Shown: positions 12,638-25,857 of the stretch, piece by piece | Position numbering within the stretch: position 1 is the stretch's first letter | How the letters are laid out: each line of letters opens with the position of its first letter | DNA from: Bigelowiella natans CCMP2755 | Taxonomy: Eukaryota; Protista; Cercozoa | DNA length: 53,184 nucleotides | Reading direction: 5' to 3' | Assembly (NCBI GenBank): GCA_000320545.1 | Contig: ADNK01000346.1 | Location: 1-53,184 of the forward strand | Position numbers and translations under genes: made by a program | Notes under the pieces: model-generated | Told to the model about the DNA's origin: nothing | Seen by the model: the letters and a program-made list of their open reading frames with translations, nothing else | Database searches by the model: none

Positions 12638-15600
12638 ATGCAATCGTCATCATCATCGGCAGCAGCAGCGGCTGAAAGAAATGAGAGTGTGTACCTCCCT
12701 GGAGCAGTTAAACCAGGGAGTGTAACCAGGACACTAAGTGGTGCGGTGGAGCTTACGAAAATTATGGAGACAAAAAGAGCGAGTGATACTCCCGATTTTG
12801 AGAGCAGTATCACTAGGAGTAGCAGTATTACCAGGTCTTCAACGCGACGATTTAAGCTGTCTTCTGTCAGTCCTTCAGGTGTCAAATTTAGTTTAACCTT
12901 GTGATTCATTCATATACACGTAAGGATTCCGTGTACGTTTGTTTGCATTTACCTGTGTTTTGCAGACTTCAAGTCTACAGGAGAAAGCCTTCTGCAAACA
13001 AGGAAAATGGATAAGAACAAAAATGTGTCTTCTGACACTCAATCAGCCTCGGAGGAGAAAAAGTTACTGGGTACGATGTCGGAATGAGAATTTCTGATTC
13101 ATTCATCGCTTATTGAGTTCTATTCCTTCGCGGATTCTTGTTCTCTAATCTTTTTAAATATCGTTCTCTAAATTTATCGTTGAAGATGTGAATGAATCGA
13201 GACATAGAACAATTTGCAACAACACAATCATTATATTCGTTTAGGTGTCAATAAAAAAAAGGGTGATGTCGGTTGGACAAGCACGCTAATATTAGACAGT
13301 AGGTTCGAGTACAGGTGGGTATTTTGGCCACATCCTCTCTGGGAATCCAACCTGGAGTCGAAAATGCCGAGAAAGTTTTTCCTCAATGATAGAAAGACTT
13401 GGTAATCCTTGTTGTTTTGGGGTATGCTAAGAGTACCACCAAGCTACAACTCATCGAGTATTTGTCACGTAGTAATAGCCACAATTGCTGGTTACTTGTT
13501 GGTATCTCAGCTTGGGCTTTATCAAAGATAAAAACGTCAAGCTAAAAAGAAGACTTTTCGCGGCAGCACTCCTGGTAGTATTCGTAGAAGTAGCAGTAGT
13601 GAGAAATTCAATAAATTAACGCCCTTCAAGTGCCATTGAGCCGTGTTAGCCCACAGCAGACCTAAAACGTGATATTTAATATAGTATAGAACAACAGCAT
13701 CTTACCTTATTAGCATGCAGAGATCGTTGTGGTGTTGGCTGTTGCAGCTTGTGTTTCGAATCCAATTTAGGGGTCAGTGTGTCACATAGTACTTCCACAA
13801 TCACCATCAACTGTCTCTCTGTTATGATTATTCCCCTTTCATTTTACTGCCAGTTGTTGGAAGAGAAGAGAGAAAAATCTCTTTCTAAAACAAAAATTGA
13901 CAAATCTAAAAAGGTAAATGTTATCGGTGTTGTGGGAGATAGACTGGTGTTGAGCCTCTTTGTCTTGAATTTAGCTAGTTCCGTTGGTTGTGGGCGGTGT
14001 CACCTGCGAGTGAATTAGCAAATGGTAGTAGTGAAAGAGGATTCATAGACAGTAGCTGTAGCCAATAACTTTTCTTCAACATACATTAAGCCAGCCTAAA
14101 ATAGCAAAACGTGCAATTTCAAGGAGTTTCAATGTTTCAATGATAAGACAAAATTATCGTCGACCAATAATATTCACACGCATCTGCAGGAAGACGATCG
14201 ATTTATCAAGAAGAGACATCTGTTAACAGCTGCCGAGAAGCCTCGTTTACAATACATGAATAATAGGAGAGGTAGTTGAAATATTTTCATACTATTGATA
14301 CAGTATTTGTTCAACATTGACAAAAACTATTTTATACATAAGTACACCTATTCATTACTACGAGGAATGCTAAAGATCATTTAGGACTACACGAAGTCTA
14401 TTTTCCATATTTTTCTTCCAATGTTCCCCCCTTGGTGTTGTATGTATGTGTTTCAGGGTGTTGGAAAGCAGTCAAGGAAGGAAACGTTAAAGCATTAGAA
14501 CTTCTGATAGACCAAGGGTATGAAGGATAAATGTGAAGATTATACGCTGTGCTGCTTATTATTGTCATACTGATTTTATTGCATACGATTAATCAAGAAT
14601 AAGATGTGAATAATTGATAAAATCTATTACTACCATAATGCTGGCTTTCGCTGAGATTCCTTTTGTTCTTGATTGATGTGTATTTATGTTTGACTCAAAC
14701 TCCAAATCCATCCATCAGATTCAACTATTTAGAGCGAGGTCCATATGGCGAGACGTTGCTACATATGGTAGTATTTCTTAGAAACTTGGGACAGAACACT
14801 CTATTCAGAATATAAAAAGTATTTATAAATTGTATACCCAAACTCCTCACCATTCTCACCACTGCTGCTAGTAATACATACTTGATGCAGTTTTTCTGTA
14901 CTTTCGTCGTGACACCCATTCTCATCATGATTGCTGCTCTGTTACTACTCCTCATCGTCGTATGTATGTGTTATCAGGCTGCCCTTCACGGTAGGAATGC
15001 TTTGGCGGAGATGATAATAGAAAACTTCCCTTGCCTCATGTATAGCATATATAAAGATCCCTACTTCAGAGGCGAGACTGCGGTTAGTCAGATTAGCTCA
15101 TTATCCAACGACAGCATAGCAGCAATTCCACTTCTTCTATTTTTGTGATTATTACAAGAAGAAACAACTTCTAGTTTTTTAGTCTTTAGAAGTATGTTAC
15201 CTCTTCAGCATGTTTGATTTTTGTTTAATTACATCATTATCTACCATCAGCTTCATATTGCGATTGTGAATCAAATGGATGGAGTTGTGAAACTTATGCT
15301 TGAGGTAGAAATAATTGGATTTTTGCTGTAAGATCGTTTTGGACATCACTATCAGCACCAATATTGCAATAAGACACGCATTATTGATGATCTTTCCTTC
15401 CATCCTTTAAAATGATTTATTCCTTCGCCTGTTTGCTAAACTAAGTCTGTGTGGCTGCTATTTCGATGATGTCGCTGATCAGAGAAAATGCGATCCAAAT
15501 ATGCTGAGAGTGAGTGGGGTATTCTTCACCGGTGGAGGAGAAAGTAGAATTTTTGAAAATTAATGATACTGTCCAACAAATAGAGCAGCAACGTAAATTT

Positions 15601-17053
15601 GCTTTCGAGTTTCATCACAGAGAATAATATTCCTAATCTACCACCGCCGCACACATACATACCACAGCTCAAGTATACTATGGAGAAACACCCCTCCACT
15701 TTGCTGGTTGTGTTGGCACCGTTGAAACCTTCAAGAATCTTCTCACACATGGAGCAAGCGTATGCACTTGCCACAAAAAATGCTGTTAGTGTGATATCAA
15801 TATTAGTGTTGGTATTCGTCTCTAATAATAATAGAATATTACTATCTTGGCAACTTCTTCTTATTAGTTTGATTGAAATATTGTTCGTCGTCGTCATTTT
15901 CCCTTCCTTTTCTTCTTTGCTTGTCCCTACTACTACTACTAGATACAAGATGCTGATATTAAAGGCAATACGGTGTTCCATTTCGTGGCCGGGCAGCATG
16001 AAGATCCTACAAAACTAAACATCCTGTCAAACATAAAATAGTCATAGAATTTACATTGATAACAAGAAGAAGAACCTAAGTAGCAGATATACTATCTATA
16101 AAGATAGACGTATCTCGTTGTATAGAAATTTTTGAAAGCTATACACTTTACCCATCCAACAAGTCGGTGTTATAAATATAGGCCATGTTAATGTATCCTT
16201 GTCACTTTTTGTAGGCATGCCACAGCGGTTCATTATTATGGCGAAACAGAAGCAAAAGTTCTTTGTGGTAATAATCATCGCTTTCATTTCTCTTCATTTG
16301 TGCGTCTGATGTTTATCTACATTTCTTCCCATCCACTAGATAAGAAAAATGATGAAGGTCTCAAACCGATCCAAATAGCTGCTATTTGTGATAAAACAGA
16401 AATTGTGCAGTGTCTGCTTAAGGTAATGATACAACATGGTTGTGTAGTAAGCGTATCATCATCAAGCCAACGGGGAGAACAGCTTTAGCAATCACGATAA
16501 TACGGCTAGATAATAGTTTCATTGTCCATATTTGTATCAGTATATACATCTTTCTTCCTTTGCTAATTTTTAGGTTTATGAAATTGTTGCTTGGAAGTTT
16601 GCAAGAGGTGCCACTGGTCTCGCTGCGGTTCCTGTGGATGTGATTATAGGAGAAATGGTTGTTGTTGTTGTTGATGATGATGATGCTGCTGTTTATGAAG
16701 GGAGAAAACCCTGCATTGAGATGATATATGGTGATAGCATTGATTGTCATCAATTTTGTGACTTGTTGGAGCCTTGACGTATTATTCGTGAATAAGATAC
16801 ATAAATATTTACAACTTTATTTATTATCGTTGTTCTTGGTGGTGACGATTGTTGCTGATTTACTTACTTAGGGTGTAGCCCGTCTAGCCTCAACTTATGG
16901 TATTGTATTTGTAGTTTCATCATGTTATTCTAGCTATCTCGAGATGAGCAACAAGATAAGGTTTAGAGTAGTATTGAGAACGATCGTGGTTATAGTGTGT
17001 TAATATGTCCTCACTTTTAGTAAAATAACATAATCGTCTTGTACCTATTACTG

Positions 17054-17090
<37 letters not shown>

Positions 17091-17365
17091 CAATCACACG
17101 TAACACACACATTCTCTCTCGTCCACTCGTTGTTTTCTTCTCCTTCTTTTTCTCCTTCTTCTTTTCCTTCTTCTTCTTCTATTATTTGTCTCTTGCTCCA
17201 AGGCCACTCCAGAATATTAAACATACCTGTAATACGGGACCTGATATTAGACTGGTGGGAACTGAATAAAGTTGCATTCTTACTAAGAGGTAATCATAAT
17301 CATAATAATAAATGATGTCAGTGATAATGATGATAGTGATGATATAACTTTCACAAATATTTGAA

Positions 17366-17421
<56 letters not shown>

Positions 17422-17909
17422 GAGCTATGAATTATTAAACGACAGATGGCGTTATACAACAGCTTCGATGGAGATAATGATGTTGGTTTTGTTGATGGTT
17501 ATGATCATTTTAAATAAAATATAATGTCCCCACGACATCAAACAGCTGCTGCACGCACACATACATACATACATACATACATGCAGGAATCTTACATGGG
17601 CTATATACTGTTGGCTACACCGTCCTCTTGGTTCGTCCATTCGTTCTTTCTACTACAAGTTGTTTCTTCAAAAGAAGGAGAAGAAGAAGAAGAAGAGATA
17701 ACAATTCGATTATTCGTGTGACTTGTTCTGAGACTATTATTTGGAACTTCCTTCTCCTCCTCCTCCTCCTCCTCCTCCTCCCTCCTTCCTTCCTCTTTCA
17801 CTATATCTTCTACTCTTTATTTTTCATCCTTCTTAAGTCATCAACTATCCTTAGAGTTATTCTTTTTATTTCTTTCTACCTGTATCTGTCTACCTTCGTC
17901 ATATCAATG

Positions 17910-17942
<33 letters not shown>

Positions 17943-18809
17943 TGATATAAATATATACCCCTCTTCCTTACAGCTCTACACGGACGTTAGGAAACCATTG
18001 TAAGAAGAAGAAGATACTTCATTTGTTAACCCTCACACCCTCAAATCAAATCAATAATAGAAGAGAAAGTAGTTGGTATCTTCTATCTGATGATATTCTC
18101 CGAGTAATTGTTGAAATGTATTGATAATATGAGATTTATGATCATTATTTATGTCGTTAAAGGTCCAAACAGTCATCATTTCGGGTGACGTGCTGGTCAT
18201 TCCTTCTTGTCGAGAGCATAGCAGATATCGCGTGGCAAGCTTGGATAATGTAGTAGTAGTAGTAGTAGTAGTAGTAATATTATTATTAGGAGCTGTGGTA
18301 AGTAGCAGTACCACAACTACTCGCTTCCTTGCAATATTCACCAATTACTACAACAACAGCAACAACAAAGTCTAGCAGTCACATTCTTAAGTTTTATTCA
18401 TGTAGTATCATAAGCTTGCCCTTTTACTAGCTCTTTGACGTACGCTTTTGTAGCTATTGACTATTCTTCTTGGTTGTGAAGACATGAGAAGCAAACAATA
18501 AACCAAAGACTGCTCAAGTACCGTGAAAGGAGGGAGGTGCCGTTCTATGACCAGTTCATGTTCATCAAGATTCTTCACAACGTCGCACTAGCAATGGCTA
18601 TTGCTCTTCACCTGGCTCAGGCTCACGGGATCGTTGTTACGCTATTTCATGCTTTCTCTATATTGTTTCTCTACATAGACATGTTACAGTATATGGCAGT
18701 CATCCGTGGGTAATATTGTAAGAGGAGAAGAAGTGAAAGTCAAACAAAATAGTACACACACACGCTCGCACACACCAATGATACCCATTTCGGCATGCTT
18801 GCATAATCA

Positions 18810-18852
<43 letters not shown>

Positions 18853-19859
18853 TTTTAGATGTATATTCACAATGTAATATTTTTTAACTGCAATTTGTCA
18901 GGACGGACAATATGGTCTTCTCGTTTATGTCCATTACAAATCCAATGAGGGGAGGGATCTACACGTTCTTGGTGATTTTCGTCTTCTTCTCCATTCCCTT
19001 GGCCATTGGTTTGGCAAAATGGTGTCATGCCATCAACGGCACTCAATCCCTCAACGTGCTCCGGGATGTGCTCTACCAATTCGTCGAGCTGAGGAGTATA
19101 GATATAGAGTGAGTAAAGCAGAATGAATAGTAGCTCCTAAAATGAAACAACATGGATGCTGCCAGTAAACAATATAATGTGCGTTTGATGGATATTCTTG
19201 ATTTTACTTTATTTGCTATACCTACTATTGATCAGTTCCGAAGTAGATGACGAAGAGATGGTTGGGTACTATGTCTTCTTCGTGATCTGGCTCGGTGTGT
19301 TTCTCCTCTTTAGCTTCATGATGCTAGAGGGTGTATTCGTGACTGTTGCTGGAAGTCAATACGAGTCAATAGTGGAGCAAAGCAAGTACTATAAATTGCA
19401 ATTCAAGGCTGACGCGATGTTCACGCTGCAAGTTGAATTTCCATCGATGATGAAATTAGTTGGCAAGCCAGCAGGAGAAACGGCGTTTGAGAACCACGAT
19501 CCTGAAGATCGTCTGTACACGATAAAGTTTCCGGGTAGCGAAGGAAGAGGCGCTCTTGGTATGGAGAAGGAAAATCGTAAAAAAAAAAGGAAAAGTGTAT
19601 GTTGCTTTCACTCTCTCCCCCTCAAACACTCTTTGCATCCAAATCTTTACCTTCATGATGATATGAAGCTGACACTATTTGTTACTACTCGTCATTAAGA
19701 TTTTGATAATATACTATCTCAGCTTCTTTGTATCACAAGGACTGTAAAAACATCAGTAATCAAACCCCATTGGATGACGATGCAAACTATGAAGAAGCGA
19801 AGCAGTTTGCCAAGACACTCAATCCTAAGAGAACAAAAATGACTTTCTGGTTACGGTGA
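12638..19859 (+). CDS. Ankyrin-repeat TRP cation channel, TRPV-like
   Basis: Ankyrin motifs ERGPYGETLLHM/AALHGRNALAEMIIENFP..IYKDPYFRGETA/LH, DIKGNTVFHF and NDEGLKPIQIAA, then AWKFAR, several hydrophobic TM exons, S5 (GIYTFLVIFVFFSIPLAIGL), pore helix and S6 (YYVFFVIWLGVFLLFSFMMLEGVFVTVAGSQYESIVEQS). Last exon ...TKMTFWLR, stop at 19859. The 5' exons are less certain. Confidence 0.8.
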
Positions 19860-21341
19860 AGACTCGCATTACTACATAATTTGGCACATGTGCAGCACTA
19901 CGCATTCGCCAGATTGATGTATACATTTTGTCAATTTACCAAGGTTAACACAACTGACAATAATACGGCGATATCTGCTGTATGCATGGTACAGAGTAGG
20001 CTGTGTAGCAGAAAATGAAATGCATGCAGGTTATTGCACATAGAAGGACTACATGAGCGCCGACACGGCATGTACTTTCACTGCGTATGTTCAGCTAGTT
20101 ACGATGAGGAGTTATTATGATCATTGTTATCATCTTCTACATCGTTAACTCTCCACACGAGATGGGAGAGCGCGCGCATCCGACAGCCAGTGCGGACGTG
20201 GAATGATAACATGGTCTCGTGCAGCCTTTTATCCGCTTCTGTTTCACATGTCATCCCTGCTGATTAACAATGCATGATCTAAAAAGTGGAGGCGCGAGTG
20301 CTACGTACTACACCTCACATGCAGTCACAGCCTACTCACGCACACAAAAGCAGATTCCATAGCGTTGTCATGTCACAATTGATGCTTTCAAATGTATGAA
20401 ACACATAACAGCTGAGACAAATAGATATATAACATAAGCGCTGAAGCCACTGCTTTGCATAGCTACATTTATATATTAGGATAGCTATTGAAAAAAATTA
20501 TTTACTTCATTACATCCGCCTCAAAATTACCGCGTGTTCGCTACTAATACGAAAACACACCTCCAAACGATGCTCCTATTGGTGCTTGTGTTTTTCACCT
20601 ACAATGGTGCTGCCTTGAGCTAATTTCTTTCGATGAACCTACAGAATGAACCCAAATAATGCATTAGATCATGGTTTCCTTTTTGCGAACAATGGGCATC
20701 GGCCCGGTCTGTGCACGCCACAAAGTCGTCCTTCCCCACCGCTCATCATTTCAAGTGGTCACAGAATACTGGAGACTTGCACATGAGCAACACCTCTGCA
20801 AATTACAAGAAGGAAACAGCACCTGCAGCGAAGAAAATCGTCACTCCCTGTTGTTCTGCAAGTCTCGTCAACGCTAGGAACGCTTACTAGTGCGGAAGTG
20901 ATCGATCGGCGCAGGCACCATGTTGCAGTCAAAGTTGGGTCGTTTCATCATGTGCGTGACCACAGCTCATGCACAGCCATCTGAGAATCAAAATTGCACA
21001 GGTGCGCAAGATGCAGCTGCCGACCACTCACAGCGACCGCGGAATTGATGAAAGTGATTGTGACTTTCACAGACTTCAGCGTGGCATGCTAGCATGTGAG
21101 CATTAACAATGCAAGTAACCACAACAATGCGATGCATGCGTGCACCTGCTGGTGCCCACAGCTGCTGCATCGAAGCCCATGCAAGCTAGAGCAGTGCACG
21201 CTCTAATGTGCAATTGTTTTTTTTTGACTTCGCAATGCAATGATGATAATGATGATGATCATGATCATGATGATAATGATTGAATTGGTGGCGTGGATTC
21301 TATCATCATCGTCGTCGTTATCATCATCCTTTCTACCGTCA

Positions 21342-23082
21342 TCACAACTCGGTATGATGATGATGATGATGATAATGATTCATATGGAAATGCTGTGCTG
21401 ATCCCGGCTCAGCAGTTACAACGAAGTGCTGCTGTTGCTGCTGCTCTTTAGCACTCACTGCGAGAAAGGTATGGCCTGGGAACGTTTCGATCTGCACCGA
21501 ATCTCCCGGTGCAACATCAGAGGCGACGAGTTGATGTTGATCAGGATGATGCTGCTGCGTAGTAGTCCCCGTCCAATAAATGTGGATTGGTCCTTTATCT
21601 CTGCCGTCTTGTTGGTTGGTGTAGCTGAAGGTAGCAAACACCCGATCATCCTGCTGCTGCTGCTGCTGATGATGATGATGATGAGTACTCTCTGGGCCTA
21701 CCATCACGTCGTCTTTGCCTACCAGTAGAGCACTAACAGCCTCTCGAATAGAGTTTCGCTGCTTTTGGGTCATGGATGGTATGGCAGCAATGCTAAGAGG
21801 AGCATTCTGCTGGAGATGATCGCTGTTAGATGCTCGAGGAATTACACTCACTTCTTCATAAACTGTTAACCATTTTAATACAACCTGCAGGTGCGTTATG
21901 TGTATACAATTGCAGCAGCAGGGGGAGGGGGAGGTGGAAGAGGAGGATGAGGATGAGAAGGAGCAATAGCACGAATATAATTTCTTTTAACTTTTCAGAT
22001 AAATGCCTATTAAAACAACTAGCACTACTGCTGCTATTACCTGTGCAGCGGTATAGGAGAAGGAGTATTCTTCGTTATTGTCTCCTCCTTTCTTTTCCTC
22101 TTTGTTCTCCTTGTTATTTCGTCGTTGTTCAGATGATAGGTCTCGGGCTATGTTTTCGAGCACAGCCATAGCGTTTGGGAATTTATCACGCAGACGATTC
22201 CCATGTTGCCCGAAGATGCCGTTCATGACATTAAATGCTTGAAAATGAATGCTATACTTTCGCAGGTGATCAATAAGCTGGGGATTGAAAAGCACATCCC
22301 ACACGTTGTTCTGGACAATGTGTGGCTGGATACGCGCAAAGGCGAACAATTCCTGCATTTCGTGAAGATTAAAGTTTGACACACCGATAGCATGAATTGG
22401 AGTGTCTTGATCGTCGTATAGATCTTCCAGTGCTTTCCAACTCTCTTTCCATGCAGAATGAGGATGCAAGTGTGGTGGGGGCCCTGCAGCCTGGACTTCC
22501 TTCGGTAGCTGCATTTCTTCCTCTTCACATCTCATCCAAGGGACAATATCGGCCGGATAGCATCGTGGCCAGTGCAATAAAATAATGGTCCGTAAAGATG
22601 ATGGTTTTTCATGGCTGTCCTCCTTGCCATATTTAATGGAGAGAGCTTCCAGTGACTTACGGACTGAAAGAATAGTTCGGTTGTAACCAAGATATGTATA
22701 CCAGACTTTGGTTATAACGAACACATCTTCTTTGTCCTCCTCTCCTTCCTCAAGATGTTGTGTCACTCTGTCGATAAATTATCAAGATCACAAGGCTAAC
22801 ATTACAGTATACGATAATAATGCTTCATAGTACACAAACACGGTCAGGAGAGAACAACTACCTGCTTAGCTGCTGAGCGATCAAGTGCTCGTTGCGACTC
22901 GCAGCTGCTGTATCGTACATGAATGGTACGTTATGGTGGTTTGATGAGTCCTTGCCATCATCATCATAGAAATAATTAAACACATCTGCAATCTGTTGAT
23001 GCGGAAGGTTTCCCATTCCGACACCGATTAGAGGCAGTCGGACACCGTTCGACAAGACGACCACCGAGGGTTGTAGTAATGG

Positions 23083-23135
<53 letters not shown>

Positions 23136-23205
23136 CCATGGCTACGGTTCTATCGGTCATTGAAATGAGGAAGAAAGCGAAGATAGGCCAGAATGGCAGC
23201 TGCAT
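21342..23205 (-). CDS. Secretory/ER aldo-keto reductase family protein with C-terminal VHL-beta-like domain and HTEL C-terminus
   Basis: Signal-peptide-like MQLPFWPIFAFFLISMTDRTVA. AKR motifs LSNGVRLPLIGVG, DTAAASRNE, VFVITKVW, LLHWP, ESWKALEDLY, AIGVSNFN, YTAAQV, VIPRASNSDHLQQN. C-terminal F..TN....IHIYW....PG....ETFPGHTF, ending HTEL. Confidence 0.88.
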
Positions 23206-23784
23206 GTATGGTCGCCGTGCCGATAGTATCCGGTGTGTTATCCCCCTCTTCTTCACCTCGCTGGTGTCAACACTGCCAGAGAGTGTGGTAATTTTAACCC
23301 TTACACAGACAGACATCAGTTCTGATTCTTCATCATGTCTGCTAGTGCAAGATGCTTGGGGGAAATGATGATCTTGAGTCGACGTAGGCAACCACCATTG
23401 TTCTCGGAATTGGAATCGCCTGTTGATTTTGATAGAAAATCAGGTCATTTTATACATGAGACATGGAAGAAAAGAGCTCCGAATCGGGGATGAAGAATAT
23501 AACATCGAGAAATAGAAGTTTCTATATGTATTATTAGTTCTAAATGTAAAGCCCTAACAACACTAACAACACTGTCATCGGGAACAGATTTGTATACCTT
23601 TGTTTACCCCCTCTCTGCACAATAGCCTACCTACTTCCGACGGGGGTGGGGTCAAGCGAAGAGGTGTATATCAGGCTGTATACACCACCAGGCAGTTTAT
23701 ATCTTCATTCACACTCGTGGTAGGAGAGGCTTTTGCACAACGAACGATTGCTGTAAAAAGGAAGGGAGGGCGGCGGCTTAGTGC
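23206..23784. promoter_or_regulatory. Probable bidirectional promoter (AKR / CLN3)
   Basis: About 580 bp between divergent ATGs. Confidence 0.5.
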
Positions 23785-24424
23785 ATGCACAAATTTGCGG
23801 ATTCTAACCAAGAACAAAAACAACAACGAGCGGAAAGAGAAGAAGAAGACGGGGATATCCCACCTACATCATCTGAGAGCACTTTCGGGACTACTGCTGC
23901 TACTACTACTACTACATCCAACACAGCTCTCTCTTCTCTCAATCCACGTCAAGACCAATACCCTCTGCCTGGTAAATAAATAAGTATCTGTGTTGAATTC
24001 TAGTGAGTGTATACTGTCAGCACAAAATAGGAGATCAAAGAATTTGCCAAGTGATACAAAAGATCTAAGAGAAGACAAGGGAGACGCTTTGGAAGATATT
24101 GAACTAAGCAACAACGACAACGACAACGACGAAATGTTTGGATCATCATCTGATGACGTTGTGATTCAACAAGCTGATAAGGAAGACTCCAAGGTGTGGT
24201 AGTAGTTCATCGAAACGAGAAGCGGGGAAGATTTGAACAGCGTGGCTACTGGTGAATGCATGAGAGTGGTCTACTCGAGTGATTGATGTGTTCCTTGTTC
24301 TCTTCTTCTATGTTCATTGTTCTATCCATTAGATAGCTTTATTAAACCCCTTAGGCGATGCCGCTCCAAACTACACACATTCAGGGTTACTGCTACTACT
24401 TTCCAATGTTATATATCTTGTTGG

Positions 24425-24457
<33 letters not shown>

Positions 24458-24612
24458 TCATTTGTCCTTTGATCGTCATTTATTGCTTATGTCGCTACTG
24501 ACTCTTTAGGGGACGAGTGCGGGGTAGCAGTGAGTGCCTTGAAGCTGAGATGGAATATGGAGTGCTCGATAAGACAGACTACAGCACAACAGGGTAAAAT
24601 CTAGTAGTGGTA

Positions 24613-24651
<39 letters not shown>

Positions 24652-25566
24652 CACTAAATTGACATTGTTGTCTTATTTTTTGTTCTTTCTCTTCCGCCAC
24701 AGGGATCTCGTGACCTTTTTCTTATTTTTTGTTCTTTCTCTTCTGCCACAGGGATCTCGTGACCTTTTTCTTGCTTGGATTGATTAATAACTCATCGTTT
24801 GTCATATTCGCTGCAAGTGCAAAGGAGGTAATTTTCATATATTAATGACGAATCAAATGGGATTTCATTCTCTCTCTCCCTTCCCGTCGTCGCTTACACC
24901 ACTTACCCGCATTTCTCTCCCCCCCCCACCCCCTCCTCCTCTTTTTTTGCACACACAGATTGCATCATCAGATGTGGGACTAGTTTATCTGTGCGCATCA
25001 GTGCCTTCATTTTGTATTCGAATAAGCGCACCGTATTGGTTCGATAGGGTCTCATACAAGACGAGAATTGCTTGGTTGGTAGTAGTAACTAGCAGTAGCA
25101 GTAGTACAAGTACAAGTAGAAGTAGAACTAGTAGTAGCAAGATATCACGTCGTTCGTTGTTGTTATGAACCGAATTGGTCATAATTTCTTCCTACTTTTG
25201 ATTTCCCCACCACCAACAACAACAACAGCAACAACAACTACTACTACTGTTATCCAATATCAGTGCTACGATTTTAATGGCGGCATCTTTCACCGGGGTT
25301 GCATTTGCACCGTATCAATGGCTACAACTACTAGCGGTAAGTAAGATGATGACGGCCACGATAGAGGAGAAACAAACCAGAAACACTAAAAGAACCTATT
25401 TCTAGTATGTGTGTTGTTGATCATTGATAGCAACGATCAATGATAACAAAGGTGATGCTATCATCTGGACAACAAGGCCTAGGAGAAGCGAGCTTTCTTT
25501 CTCTGTGCTCGCGATTTGGCAATAAAAGCCTTACTGCGTGGTCCTCTGGAACCGGTTGCTACTATA

Positions 25567-25597
<31 letters not shown>

Positions 25598-25826
25598 AAA
25601 GAAGATTTAGATGACAATGACGATGACGATGACGATGATGATGATGATGATGATTATGAAGATGATAGTGATGACGATGAAGAAGAAGGTCTGAAGAAGA
25701 AGGAGGGTTCTGAAGAAGAAGGAGGATTAAACGTACACGCACTTAACCCAGCGGCGATGAGTAATAATAATAACCTTAGGTGTTGCTGGATTATTCGGTT
25801 ATGCGTGGATCATAGTTTTCAAGGTA

Positions 25827-25857
<31 letters not shown>

